Assembly (NCBI GenBank): GCA_036012755.1 | Contig: DASCPX010000160.1 | Span: 65,657 to 129,656 of the forward strand | DNA from: Myxococcota bacterium | Lineage (GTDB): Bacteria > Myxococcota_A > UBA796 > CAJQPC01 | Direction: 5' to 3' | DNA: 64,000 bases | Part shown: one piece after another, positions 30,768-42,723 of the stretch | Numbering within the stretch: position 1 is the first letter of the stretch | Layout: the number at the start of each line of letters is the position of its first letter | The notes under the pieces: generated by a model | What the model saw: the letters and a program-made list of their open reading frames with translations, nothing else | The model's database searches: none | What the model was told of the DNA's origin: nothing | Made by a program: the position numbers and the translations under genes

Positions 30768-32330
30768 ATGGGCGTTGCGGTCGGGATCGACCTAGGTACG
30801 TCGAACTCGTGCGTCGCCGTTGTTCGCAACGGTGAACCGGTGGTTCTGGCTGACGCCAGGGGACGCCGAACCCAGCCCTCGGTTGTCGCCTATGGCCACG
30901 GCGGCAAGGTCGTGGTGGGACATCGCGCCAGGCGAAACCTGATCTATGCGCCGCAGAACACGATCGCGTCGGCGAAGCGCCTGATCGGGCGGCGGTTCCT
31001 CAGCGACACGGTCCGTCGCATCATGGGCCACACCGCCTACGAGATCGTCGAGGGGCCCAACGGCGACGCGCGGGTGCGCGTGATGGGCAAGGTCCTCGCT
31101 CTACCGGAGGTCAGCGCCCAGGTCTTGCGCCACATGAAGGAGCTGGCGGAGGAGTCCCTCGGCGAAGAGGTGGATCGCGCCGTCATCACCGTCCCGGCCT
31201 ACTTCAACGACCACCAGCGCCAGGCGACGAAGGACGCCGCGACGGTCGCCGGGCTCGAGTGCCTTCGCATCATCAACGAGCCCACGGCGGCAGCGCTCGC
31301 CTACGGCTTCAAGCAGGGAAAGCGCCAGCACATCGCCATCTACGACCTCGGCGGCGGGACCTTCGACGTGTCTCTGCTGCGCCTGGACGACGACATCTTC
31401 GAGGTCGTCGCCACCTCTGGCGACACCTTCCTCGGCGGCGACGACTTCGACTACTCCGCCGCGGATCACCTCGCCGAGCTGTTCCGCGATCAGCACGGCA
31501 TGGACATCTCCTCCCTGCGCACACCGCGGATGAAGCTCCGGGACGCCGCCGAGCGCGCCAAGATCGCCCTGACCACCGCAGAGGAGGTCGAGGTCCGCGT
31601 GCCCTCCCTCGCCCGCTCACCCGCTGGCGAGGACCTCGGCCTGCACGCCGTGCTCACGCGCGAGGAGTATGGCCGCATCGTCGCCCCTCTCATCCAGCGC
31701 ACCTTCCTCATCTGCGACGACGCCCTGTCGCTGGCCAAGATGTCGAACGCCCACATCGACCACGTCCTGATGGTGGGGGGCATGAGCCGCATCCCGCTGA
31801 TCCGCCACTCGGTCGGCGAGTACTTCCAGAAGACGCCCTACACGGACATCAACCCGGACGAGCTCGTCGCGATCGGGGCCTCTATCCAGGCCCACAACCT
31901 GACCAGCGACAGCGACGAGGGCGGGGCCGTCCTCGTCGACGTGACCCCTCAGAGCCTCGGGGTGAAGACCGTCGGCGGCTTCTGCGAGGTGCTCATCCCC
32001 CGAAACACGCCGATTCCGACGGACGCCTCGAAGATCTTCCACACGGCGCACGACTACCAGACCGAGGTCCGCGTGGGCGTCTACCAGGGCGAGAGCCGCA
32101 TGGCGGCCGACAACGAGCTCCTCGGCCAGTTCGTCCTCGACAACCTGCGCTCGGCGCCGCGCGGCGAGGTCCGCGTCCGTATCAGCTTCGAGCTGGACGA
32201 GGACGGCATCGTCCACGTCGTCGCAGAGGACATCGAGACCGGCTCGGCGAAGGACATCCGCATCGAGGCCAGCTCGGGCCTGACCGACGAAGAGGTCCAA
32301 ACGATGCGCTTCGATCAGCTGGGGTTCTAG
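30768..32330 (+). CDS. Hsp70/DnaK-like chaperone lacking the alpha-helical lid
   Basis: [42 protein letters not shown]; ends just after SSGLTDEEV at 520 aa. Confidence 0.9.
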   Translation: MGVAVGIDLGTSNSCVAVVRNGEPVVLADARGRRTQPSVVAYGHGGKVVVGHRARRNLIYAPQNTIASAKRLIGRRFLSDTVRRIMGHTAYEIVEGPNGDARVRVMGKVLALPEVSAQVLRHMKELAEESLGEEVDRAVITVPAYFNDHQRQATKDAATVAGLECLRIINEPTAAALAYGFKQGKRQHIAIYDLGGGTFDVSLLRLDDDIFEVVATSGDTFLGGDDFDYSAADHLAELFRDQHGMDISSLRTPRMKLRDAAERAKIALTTAEEVEVRVPSLARSPAGEDLGLHAVLTREEYGRIVAPLIQRTFLICDDALSLAKMSNAHIDHVLMVGGMSRIPLIRHSVGEYFQKTPYTDINPDELVAIGASIQAHNLTSDSDEGGAVLVDVTPQSLGVKTVGGFCEVLIPRNTPIPTDASKIFHTAHDYQTEVRVGVYQGESRMAADNELLGQFVLDNLRSAPRGEVRVRISFELDEDGIVHVVAEDIETGSAKDIRIEASSGLTDEEVQTMRFDQLGF

Positions 32331-32368
32331 CCCATACTGTGTGTTCCCATGGGGGAACGGAGGCCGCC

Positions 32369-32947
32369 GTGGTCGACAAGCGGATGCGCGCGACGATCGA
32401 GATCGACACCATCTACGAGATCCTCGACGAGCTCGACTACTACCAGCTGCTCGGTGTGACGCAGGAGTCTCAGCAGTCCGAGATCGAGCCCGGCTTCCGA
32501 GACCAGTCTCGCCTCCTCCACCCCGATCGGATCAAGAAACAGGGTGACAAGGAGCTCTCGCGCAAGGCCACGGCCATCTACCGCGCAGTGAACGAGGCCT
32601 ACCGGACCCTCCGCGACCCGGAGTCCCGTGTCGCCTACGACTGCGAGCTCGCCGCGGGCAACCTACGGCTCTCCGACGGAGGCAGGGCCGATGCCGCCGC
32701 CGCCAGCGACGCCTCGAACGACCCCTCGACCGCCGCCCGCACCGAGAAGGGTGCGAAGTACTGGCGCATGGCGCTCCAGAACTGGCGGGACGAGGACTAC
32801 AAGGGCTGCGTGCTGAACATCCGCTTCGCCCTGAACTTCGAGAAGGACAACGACACCTTCAAGGACTGGCTCGACAAGGCCGAGAAGGCCGCCAAGGCGA
32901 AGGACGCCAAGACCGAGAAGAACCCCTACAAGCTGCGCTTCTACTGA
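32369..32947 (+). CDS. J-domain co-chaperone with a C-terminal helical (TPR-like) region
   Basis: GGAGG RBS then GTG at 32369; DYYQLLGV...LHPDR...VNEAYRTLRDPESRVAYD. Confidence 0.85.
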   Translation: MVDKRMRATIEIDTIYEILDELDYYQLLGVTQESQQSEIEPGFRDQSRLLHPDRIKKQGDKELSRKATAIYRAVNEAYRTLRDPESRVAYDCELAAGNLRLSDGGRADAAAASDASNDPSTAARTEKGAKYWRMALQNWRDEDYKGCVLNIRFALNFEKDNDTFKDWLDKAEKAAKAKDAKTEKNPYKLRFY

Positions 32948-32953
32948 GTTCCT

Positions 32954-33610
32954 CTATCTACTGACTGGTTTTTCCGACACCAGGTGAAGGACCGGGGCAG
33001 TGATCTCGTTGGCGAATCCCTCTTCGAGGATGCTCGTCTCCAGCTGTTTCTCGAGCTCGATGATGGCCCGATTTGCCGCCCTGAGTTGGAAGCGCAGCTC
33101 ATCGACCTCCTCACGCAGGCGCAGCATCTGATCCCGCTGAGCCTTGTCCCCACACGTATCGAGCGCGATCCTCAGCCGGTCCCGCTCGTCGGTCACCTGT
33201 GCCAGCAGGAGCTGGAAGTCCTGGTTCTCCGAGAGTGAGTGTTCGGCCCTGGGCACCAGCGACTTCACCTGGTGGCGCAGCTCGGCGACCTCCTTCAACA
33301 CGATGGCGTGCCGACGCTGCGTGGAGCTCAGGGCCAGGGTGCGCACCTGGAGCGCGTGGTGAAGCCCCGAGATGCTGGTCCCGAGGTCCCTGCAGTCTTC
33401 GCCAGCGAGCGCCTTGAGCACGGCAGAGGCCCGTAAGCTGGCCCGCGCGAGATCACCGTTGAGGGTGCGAACCTGCCGCTGAAGCCGATCTACACGAATC
33501 TGCCAAGCCACGATCTCGCGGCGGAGCTTGACCTCCGAGTACCACCAGCCAACGATTAGAGGCAGCGCGACTGCAAGCGTGGTGCACACCACGACGACCC
33601 ATGGAGCCAT
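32954..33610 (-). CDS. Hypothetical membrane-anchored coiled-coil protein
   Basis: N-terminal hydrophobic segment followed by heptad-rich helices. Confidence 0.6.
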   Translation of the reverse strand: MAPWVVVVCTTLAVALPLIVGWWYSEVKLRREIVAWQIRVDRLQRQVRTLNGDLARASLRASAVLKALAGEDCRDLGTSISGLHHALQVRTLALSSTQRRHAIVLKEVAELRHQVKSLVPRAEHSLSENQDFQLLLAQVTDERDRLRIALDTCGDKAQRDQMLRLREEVDELRFQLRAANRAIIELEKQLETSILEEGFANEITAPVLHLVSEKPVSR

Positions 33611-33679
33611 GACATATCCGCCAACTGGTCCCGTCGTCGGGAGATGTGTAAGGGAAGACGCCCACTTACATGGTGCCAG

Positions 33680-33708
33680 AGGTGTTGGCGTTTTCCAACA
33701 CCTTTTTT
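33680..33708 (+). terminator. Plus-strand intrinsic terminator-like hairpin between two minus-strand genes
   Basis: AGGTGTTGG-CGTTTT-CCAACACCT followed by TTTTT. Confidence 0.55.
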
Positions 33709-33740
33709 AGGACTTTTCCTGGCGTCCGAGAGCGCTGAGG

Positions 33741-36710
33741 CTAGCCGATGACCTCGCCGTTGAACCACCAGGCACCGGGGATGTACCGATTCGCGTGGTC
33801 GCTCGCCCACTTTTGCCAAGCTCGGCGGTGCATCGCCTGGACGCGCCAGGGGCCGTCGCTGTCGAAAGGCATGTGGCAGCCGGTGGTGATCACAAGCTCG
33901 TCGTAGGCACCCCGGCGCACGAGGGGATCGTCGTCTCCGAGCTTCTCGGTCAAGAGCGCGGGGCACAGGAGCTCGCCGTAGCGGGTGCGAGCGCCCTCGG
34001 TGAAGCGCTGCATGTTCTGCTCCCACCACCGCTCCCAGCGTGCGTGCACGCCCGGTTCGTCGGGATCCTCGCGGTGACCGAGCAACAGCTCGAGGGCCCC
34101 ACACGCAGTCGCCACGACCGAGCGGTCCCTGTGGCCTAGCGCTCCCAGCAGCCGCGGGACCGCTCGCACGTCGCCGATGTAGCCAAGGCCCTGGAGCGCC
34201 GCCCGAGCGCGGGGGCCCTCTCCCGCGGCGCTGCCCATCAGGAGCAGGAGATAGCTGGGTCCGCCATAGCGCCCGACGATCTCGCCAGGAGGCCTGCCCA
34301 GCTCGCGTCCGGAGCTGAGGGCCTGGCCGTGGAAGTCGACTCCTCGACGGTCGCCGAGCATCAAGAGCGCGACCGCGGCTTCCTCGGCGAGGTCAGCCAC
34401 TTCGAGGACCTGCAGCAGGTCATCGATGGCCACTCGGTCACCGATACGCCCGAGGGCTACGACCGCTGCGCGCATCACGGAGACGCTCCGCCCTTGGCGG
34501 ACCAACTCGACCAGTGGGGAGACCGCGGCATGCTCGCGCCGCCAGCCAAGGATCTCCGCGGCAGCCGCGACACCCTGAGGCTCCCCCGGCTCCTCGATGA
34601 CCCCCAGCAGTCCATCTACGAGCGCAGCGTTCGGGCTCCGAGCGAGGGCTCCGCGCAGAGCGCGCTGTGGGAGATCCGGGAGGCGGGCCCCGAGCAGCTG
34701 ACCCAGGAGAACCTCAGCGGCCTCGTAGCTGCGGTGGTAGGCGAGCAGGTCGACGGCCGCGACGTAGGCGGCCACGTTCGGATCCGTCGCGCGGCCCGAA
34801 GCCGCCTGGAGCTCCCGCGCTCCAGAGACGAGCTCCTTCGCGAGCGCGTGGACGACCTCCACCCCGGCTGCCGACACGGCGATCCGGTGGGACCCGAGGC
34901 GGCGCTCGGGACGATCAGCGTCGGCCCTGACCAGCGGCGGACGACCGCGCTGAGCTTCGTGGCGCTCCCTGGCGTACACAGCGGCACAGGCGAGGTGCCA
35001 GTCGAGACTCCGACCGGGCTCACCTGTGAGCGCGTCAGTCGCGCCGATGCCAGCAACCAGCTGGATGCTGGGGTCCGAGAACAGCTCTCGTGCGATCAGG
35101 AGTGCGTCACGACGGGCTCGGCCGTCTGTCGCCCGGGCGATGCGGAGGCGCGCCCAGGCCTCGCGAACGGGCAGACCGAGACTGCGGTAACCGTCTGCAG
35201 CGTGGGTGTACGCCTCGATGGCATCCGCCGCGTTGCCGGTAGCGCGGGCGATGTCCCCCATACGCAGGCGCGCTCTGAGCGCGAGCTCCGGGTCGCGGGC
35301 CTCCCCAGCTCGAGCGGCGGCGGCCGCATAGGCGCGGGCCGCTTCTTCCAGGTCCCCGCCCAGCCGGGCCACGTCGCCCAGACCGATGCAGACCGCTCCC
35401 TGAAGGGAGGGATCACCGCTGAGCACCGCCAGCTCGTCGGCGGCGTGGAAGGCCACCGCGGCCGCTTCCAGTCTCTGGTGCAGGATGTGGCGCTCGCCGA
35501 CGAGGAGCTGGACCCGGGCGCGGTCACCGGAGCTGGTCACCCCTGCAGCGTCTCGGAGGACGTCCTCCGCCCAGGGCTCCTGGCGAGCGACCACGATCGC
35601 CGCCAGCTCCAGACTGGCGCGGGCGTGGAGCTCCGGACGACGAAGGAGCGGCCGGAGGTGGACCTCGGCCTCGTCGTGCATGCCCAGCTCCCGCTCGAGT
35701 CGGACCAGCTGAAGGACGAGCTCGGGCAGCAGACGCCTCGTGGCGAAGGCCCGGCCCCGCTCCAGCGCCTGGATGAGGATGTTCCGAGCCTCGCGCCGCG
35801 CACCCCGCGCGAGGGCGGCTCGGGCCTGGGCGCGCACCGCGGCCTCGTAGACCGCGAGCCCGCCCTCGGAGCGAACGTCCGTGACACGCTCACCGACGAA
35901 GCTCTCCAGCTCCGCCTGCCAGGCGGGATCGACCTTGTCGAAGAGCCCCTCCAGGGTGCGGAGGGCTTCTGCGTCGAGCGCGGCCGCGCCGGGGAATGGG
36001 AGCGGCAACCGCGTCCCGCGGAGCGCCTTGAGCAGCGCGAAGCGCCCCTGGCCCCTGTCACGCTCCGCGAGGTGCATCTCACCCAGGCGCTGCCAGGCTC
36101 GGATGAGGCCAGGATCGAAGGTGCTGGCTCGCCGGAAGCGCTCGCTGGCGATGGCCGCGTCGCCCCCTTCGAGCGCCAACTCTCCCAGCGCCAGCAAGAG
36201 GTGCCCCCCGTCCGGATCACACTCTCGACGGACCTGAAGCTCCGGCTCGCCCGGGGCGATGTCCTCGTCGATGATTCGGATCGTGGCCTTGAGCCACCGA
36301 TCGTAGCGATCGTGGTGGGCAACGAGCCGCCCGTCGACGACCTCGCCGAAGACGAAGGTGCCCTGCCCATCAGGGGCATAGGCCCACTGACGGCGGCCTG
36401 GCAGATCCGCGAAGGCGACCAGGTTGGGGAGCTCCTCGCCGGGGGGCGCGAGCTCGGAGGTGCCGCGAAGGCGCAGCGCCCCCCGGAACAGGGAGGCACC
36501 GTTCCAGCGCCGGAGGAAGCCGGAGAGCGTCAGGGGCAAGCGATGGCCCAGGTGGCGTTCGGCCGCTCGCACGGCGTCCTCTGAGGCCCCGGGGCTCAAC
36601 GCGTGGACATCTCGGCGGTAGCGGTCCACCAGACGGATGAGGGCGTGGAAGGGATCGACGGCGGGGTCGATTTCGGGCACCGGAACAGCACTGGACACGT
36701 CAAGAGACAT
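33741..36710 (-). CDS. SMI1/KNR4 (SUKH) domain - TPR - HEAT-repeat protein
   Basis: PGASEDAVRAAERHLGHRLP...FLRRWNG; TPR-like helices; ALGRIGD/GLGYIGD HEAT motifs. Confidence 0.75.
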   Translation of the reverse strand: MSLDVSSAVPVPEIDPAVDPFHALIRLVDRYRRDVHALSPGASEDAVRAAERHLGHRLPLTLSGFLRRWNGASLFRGALRLRGTSELAPPGEELPNLVAFADLPGRRQWAYAPDGQGTFVFGEVVDGRLVAHHDRYDRWLKATIRIIDEDIAPGEPELQVRRECDPDGGHLLLALGELALEGGDAAIASERFRRASTFDPGLIRAWQRLGEMHLAERDRGQGRFALLKALRGTRLPLPFPGAAALDAEALRTLEGLFDKVDPAWQAELESFVGERVTDVRSEGGLAVYEAAVRAQARAALARGARREARNILIQALERGRAFATRRLLPELVLQLVRLERELGMHDEAEVHLRPLLRRPELHARASLELAAIVVARQEPWAEDVLRDAAGVTSSGDRARVQLLVGERHILHQRLEAAAVAFHAADELAVLSGDPSLQGAVCIGLGDVARLGGDLEEAARAYAAAAARAGEARDPELALRARLRMGDIARATGNAADAIEAYTHAADGYRSLGLPVREAWARLRIARATDGRARRDALLIARELFSDPSIQLVAGIGATDALTGEPGRSLDWHLACAAVYARERHEAQRGRPPLVRADADRPERRLGSHRIAVSAAGVEVVHALAKELVSGARELQAASGRATDPNVAAYVAAVDLLAYHRSYEAAEVLLGQLLGARLPDLPQRALRGALARSPNAALVDGLLGVIEEPGEPQGVAAAAEILGWRREHAAVSPLVELVRQGRSVSVMRAAVVALGRIGDRVAIDDLLQVLEVADLAEEAAVALLMLGDRRGVDFHGQALSSGRELGRPPGEIVGRYGGPSYLLLLMGSAAGEGPRARAALQGLGYIGDVRAVPRLLGALGHRDRSVVATACGALELLLGHREDPDEPGVHARWERWWEQNMQRFTEGARTRYGELLCPALLTEKLGDDDPLVRRGAYDELVITTGCHMPFDSDGPWRVQAMHRRAWQKWASDHANRYIPGAWWFNGEVIG

Positions 36711-36770
36711 GCTTTGAGCATACCGCAGCGGGGCGCTCAGATCCCGGGAAAACAACAGCGTTTTTTCCGA

Positions 36771-39293
<2,523 letters not shown>

Positions 39294-39333
39294 GCTGGCT
39301 CCCTCTCGACGGGCCCCATGGATAACCACTCTC

Positions 39334-39699
39334 ATGCCCCTGGGAACCCTGTTGGCAGCGCTCGCGTGCACAGCGTCATCGACGGGTGGTTGCGGCATCG
39401 AGACGACCATCGAGGACTGGGTCCCCGATTGCGCTGCCGTTCTGGTGTTCTTCGAGGAGGAGACCCGCTTCGAGCTCGACGACATCCTCGAGGGCTACCT
39501 GCCCGCAGACGCCGAAGACGGGGTCTACGGAGGCCAGTCAGGCAACTCGGCCACGCTCTTGTTCGACGGCGAGCTCGCCACCGCGCGCGTGTCGACCCTG
39601 ACGCTCGGGGATGACGGAGAGACCGTGCGCGTACGAGCGGACTTCCCGACCGGGACCGTGGACGGCGTGGTGTTCCCGCTGGTGGACCGGGATCCCTGA
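39334..39699 (+). CDS. Small acidic lipoprotein, hypothetical
   Basis: LLAALAC lipobox-like; divergent from leuS. Confidence 0.55.
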   Translation: MPLGTLLAALACTASSTGGCGIETTIEDWVPDCAAVLVFFEEETRFELDDILEGYLPADAEDGVYGGQSGNSATLLFDGELATARVSTLTLGDDGETVRVRADFPTGTVDGVVFPLVDRDP

Positions 39700-39721
39700 T
39701 GGGCGCCGAGCTCGAGTGCCC

Positions 39722-39910
39722 TCAGCGCCGCGCCGCGACCACCTCCGGCTCGGGACGGAACGAGTCCGCGATGCGGCGCAGGTCCCCGTCGACCTCTTCG
39801 AGCTCCGCGTCGGTCCATGGGAGCACTGCTGTCGTGGCGACCCAGAGGCCTACCAGCGCAGAGCTGGCCGCAATGGTGAAGAGCAGGTCCATCGTCAGCA
39901 TGTCGAACAT
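39722..39910 (-). CDS. 62-aa single-pass membrane peptide, putative SOS-regulated
   Basis: AAGGAG/GGAG upstream; hydrophobic LLFTIAASSALVGLWVATTAVLPW then an acidic tail; own sigma70 promoter. Confidence 0.65.
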   Translation of the reverse strand: MFDMLTMDLLFTIAASSALVGLWVATTAVLPWTDAELEEVDGDLRRIADSFRPEPEVVAARR

Positions 39911-39940
39911 CTCCGCGTGCTCCTTGATCCCGATGAGGGT

Positions 39941-39985
39941 CTGAACAGTTGTTCAGGTTATACTGAACGTGAGTTCAGATGTCCA
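39941..39985 (-). promoter_or_regulatory. Sigma70 promoter TGGACA-N17-TATAAC overlapped by two LexA-like boxes
   Basis: -35 at 39980-39985 and -10 at 39957-39962; CTGAAC-N4-GTTCAG palindromes at 39941-39956 and 39963-39978. Confidence 0.8.
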
Positions 39986-40045
39986 GTTCTCTGTCCACCG
40001 ATAAGGTGGCATCTCGATCGACCAAAAACTGTCCGGCCCAAGACG

Positions 40046-41014
40046 ATGTACCTCAACAAGGCCCAGAAACTCGTTCGGATGGTGGAGCTCATGACGCGAC
40101 GTGGTGGCGTGCGCGCGTCGGAGCTCAAGAACCGCTTCGACATCGATGGCCGAACGCTCCGGCGCTACCTCGCCGATCTCAAGGGGATGAACCTCCCGAT
40201 CAACGATGACGGGGCTGGTGACGAGCGGACGATCTCCCTCGACGCGGAGTACCGCCGCAGCGGTGTCCAGCTCACCCTGCCAGAGGTCCTGTCCCTCCAC
40301 TTCGGGCGCAAGCTCTTCACCTTCCTCGACGGCACCCAGTTCGCCCAGGATCTGGAGGACGCCATCGAGCGTCTCGAACCCGCGATCCCTCGCGCCCACG
40401 CCGAGCTTGTCCAGGACCTCGATCGCAAGTTCATGGCCGTCCCGGAGCACGCCAAGGACTACGCCGAGCAGGGCGAGCTCATCGACGAGATCATCTCGGC
40501 GCTCATCTACGACAACGCCGGAAGGGCCGAGTACACCAAGCCGACCGGCGCCTCGAAGGAGTACCACCTCGAGCCGCTCACGCTGGCGACCTATCGGCAA
40601 GGGCTCTACCTCTTCGCCCGAGACCGCCGGGACGGAAAGGTGAAGTCCTTCGCCGTCGAGCGCTTCGTCAGCTTCTCGCGCCTGCGCATGGAGAAGTTCC
40701 GCCCGCCGATGAACTACAAGCCCGAAGAGCAGCTGCGAGGCGCCTTCGGGATCATCAGCGCCGAACCGCAGGCGGTCGTCACGGTCTTCGACGTGGAGGT
40801 CGCCCACTACGTCCGAGAGCGCCACTGGCACCCGACCCAGGAGATCGTCGAGCTCGCCGACGGGCGCTTGCGCGTGAGCTTCGACGTCGGCGTCACCCAC
40901 GAGCTCGTCACCTGGGTCCTCGGCTTCGGCGGACAGGTCGTGGTCGAGTCGCCCCCGAACCTCGTCCGACGCGTGCGCGAAGCCCACGAGCAGGCGCTGG
41001 CCCGCCTGGCGTGA
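40046..41014 (+). CDS. WYL-domain transcriptional regulator (HTH-WYL-WCX; PafB/C, DriD-like)
   Basis: N-terminal wHTH (ELKNRFDIDGRTLRRYLADL); EPLTL...GLYLFARD...KSFAVER; WHPTQ...WVLGFG..V.V.SP. Confidence 0.9.
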   Translation: MYLNKAQKLVRMVELMTRRGGVRASELKNRFDIDGRTLRRYLADLKGMNLPINDDGAGDERTISLDAEYRRSGVQLTLPEVLSLHFGRKLFTFLDGTQFAQDLEDAIERLEPAIPRAHAELVQDLDRKFMAVPEHAKDYAEQGELIDEIISALIYDNAGRAEYTKPTGASKEYHLEPLTLATYRQGLYLFARDRRDGKVKSFAVERFVSFSRLRMEKFRPPMNYKPEEQLRGAFGIISAEPQAVVTVFDVEVAHYVRERHWHPTQEIVELADGRLRVSFDVGVTHELVTWVLGFGGQVVVESPPNLVRRVREAHEQALARLA

Positions 41015-41883
41015 TCCCGAACCTGGCGAACGCCTGGCCGATCACCTCTGACGCCGCGGACCCCTGGGCCGCCGAGGAGTGGCTCGACGAGCTCGGCAGC
41101 CACGCCAACCACCTCCTGCTCGGAGGCACGCTGAGCGCAGCAGAGCACGACGACCTCGACGCCCGCTTCCTCGATCTGTGGCGTGAGGTCATCCGGGGAA
41201 ACGCCTCCAGGGACCAGCTCGATCCCCTCGTCGAGGTGCTGCACATCCCGACGCTTCGGACCCACGATCGGCGACCACCACAGCGCGCCCCGTTCCCCGT
41301 GACAGACGTGCTCCTGGCCGACATCGTCGAGGACACCCTCCCAGACATCGGCCTCGTCGCACCGGATCGCATGCTCGGACCCTGGGCCGACGAGCCCATC
41401 GACCGGGATCTGGCGAGGAGTGCGGCGATCCACTTCTGCTGGATCTCGCTCTTGGACTTCGAGGGCACACCCTGCGACAGGTGGGCGAAGAACGCCCCCA
41501 AGCCGGACATCCCGACCCGCAAGGCGGTGCGCGCCGTGGCAAAGGCCCCACCGATGCTGTGGACACCGGACTGGAAGCCGCTGTTGCCGCTGCTCCCCCA
41601 CTTCGTTCCGGACGGACCGGTCGACGGAGAGATCGTGCCGCTCGGAGACCGCACCGAGGCAATCCTCGCGCGGGTGACACCCACTCGGGAGGGCTGGCGC
41701 TGCAACGGCGCCATAGGACTCCCGGCGATCCCCCCACTGAGCCGGCTCCTCCGCCGGCTCGATCTGGAGCTCACCCGCTGCCGTCGCCACGAGCGCCGAA
41801 TGACCTGGGAGGTCTTCCTGCGCCTCCGGCCCGAGGTACTGTATCGGACGAGCATGACGTGGTGCTGGATGGAGGTCGCGTGA
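41011..41883 (+). CDS. Hypothetical protein translationally coupled to the WYL gene
   Basis: GTGA overlap with the WYL stop; 290-aa ORF. Confidence 0.65.
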   Translation: MIPNLANAWPITSDAADPWAAEEWLDELGSHANHLLLGGTLSAAEHDDLDARFLDLWREVIRGNASRDQLDPLVEVLHIPTLRTHDRRPPQRAPFPVTDVLLADIVEDTLPDIGLVAPDRMLGPWADEPIDRDLARSAAIHFCWISLLDFEGTPCDRWAKNAPKPDIPTRKAVRAVAKAPPMLWTPDWKPLLPLLPHFVPDGPVDGEIVPLGDRTEAILARVTPTREGWRCNGAIGLPAIPPLSRLLRRLDLELTRCRRHERRMTWEVFLRLRPEVLYRTSMTWCWMEVA

Positions 41884-42305
41884 CGTTGGCGCTGCTCTTC
41901 GCCTGCGCGAAGGGCTCCCTGGAGATCACACCGAACCCGCTGTCCTGGGGCGAGGTCGACTTTCACGCGGGCGAAAACTGCGAGGACGACGAGGGCGGCT
42001 GCAGCCCCCTGGATGTCGTGCTGCGCAATGCGGGCGACGCAGATCTGGAGCTCACCTCGGCCCAGGGCTACGACAGCACCTACCTCTGCATCGACGGCTA
42101 CGCGGCGGATGCGCCGATGGAGCTCGGCGACCTGCCCCCAGGAGCCAGCTCGATCCTCACGATCTCCGTCTGCGGGTACCAGCCTGGTGAGCTCACGTCA
42201 GAGGTCTCGGGGAGCATCGTCTTCGAGCTCGAGACGGGCGATGAGTCCCTCGACTGGAGCTTCACCCCGATTCGCAACATCGACGGGGACGACACGGGAA
42301 CCTGA
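41880..42305 (+). CDS. Small lipoprotein with one Ig-like (choice-of-anchor D-type) domain
   Basis: GGAGG plus GTGA overlap; LALLFAC; LRNAGDADLEL; LPPGASS. Confidence 0.6.
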   Translation: MTLALLFACAKGSLEITPNPLSWGEVDFHAGENCEDDEGGCSPLDVVLRNAGDADLELTSAQGYDSTYLCIDGYAADAPMELGDLPPGASSILTISVCGYQPGELTSEVSGSIVFELETGDESLDWSFTPIRNIDGDDTGT

Positions 42306-42691
42306 TGGCCGTTCTCCTGCTCGTCGAGGACCACGACCTCAACCGCGACATGCTCTCCCGCCGCCTGACTCGCCGAGGCTACGAGGTGCTGATCGCCGTC
42401 GATGGCCAGCAGGGGCTGGAGATGGTCCACGCCCACCACCCCGACCTCGTGCTCATGGACATGCACCTCCCGCGCCTCGATGGCTGGGAGGCCACACGGC
42501 GGATCCGATCCGATCCGCGAGTCGCTCACATCCCCGTGCTGGCGCTGACTGCTGACGCGATGTCCGGTGACCGCGAGAAGGCCCTGGCAGCTGGCTGTGA
42601 CGACTACGACACCAAGCCGATCATGTTGGAGCGCCTGCTGGAGAAGATCGAGCGCCTGCTCAGCGGATCTCACCGCCCTCCGGCGCGTTAG
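42305..42691 (+). CDS. Single-domain response regulator (CheY/DivK-like)
   Basis: LLVED, PDLVLMDMHLP..DG, ALTA, GCDDYDTKP. Confidence 0.92.
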   Translation: MAVLLLVEDHDLNRDMLSRRLTRRGYEVLIAVDGQQGLEMVHAHHPDLVLMDMHLPRLDGWEATRRIRSDPRVAHIPVLALTADAMSGDREKALAAGCDDYDTKPIMLERLLEKIERLLSGSHRPPAR

Positions 42692-42723
42692 TCCCGCCTC
42701 TTCCGCCGTCCCGGGAGTCCGGA

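Noticed and set aside
30768..32330. Calling this gene the housekeeping dnaK
   Set aside because: It lacks the lid and C-terminal domain and has no grpE or full-length dnaJ neighbour, so it is treated as a paralogue.
33655..33680. Minus-strand TGGCAC upstream of the coiled-coil gene as a sigma54 promoter
   Set aside because: The -12 TTGC element is missing at the required spacing.
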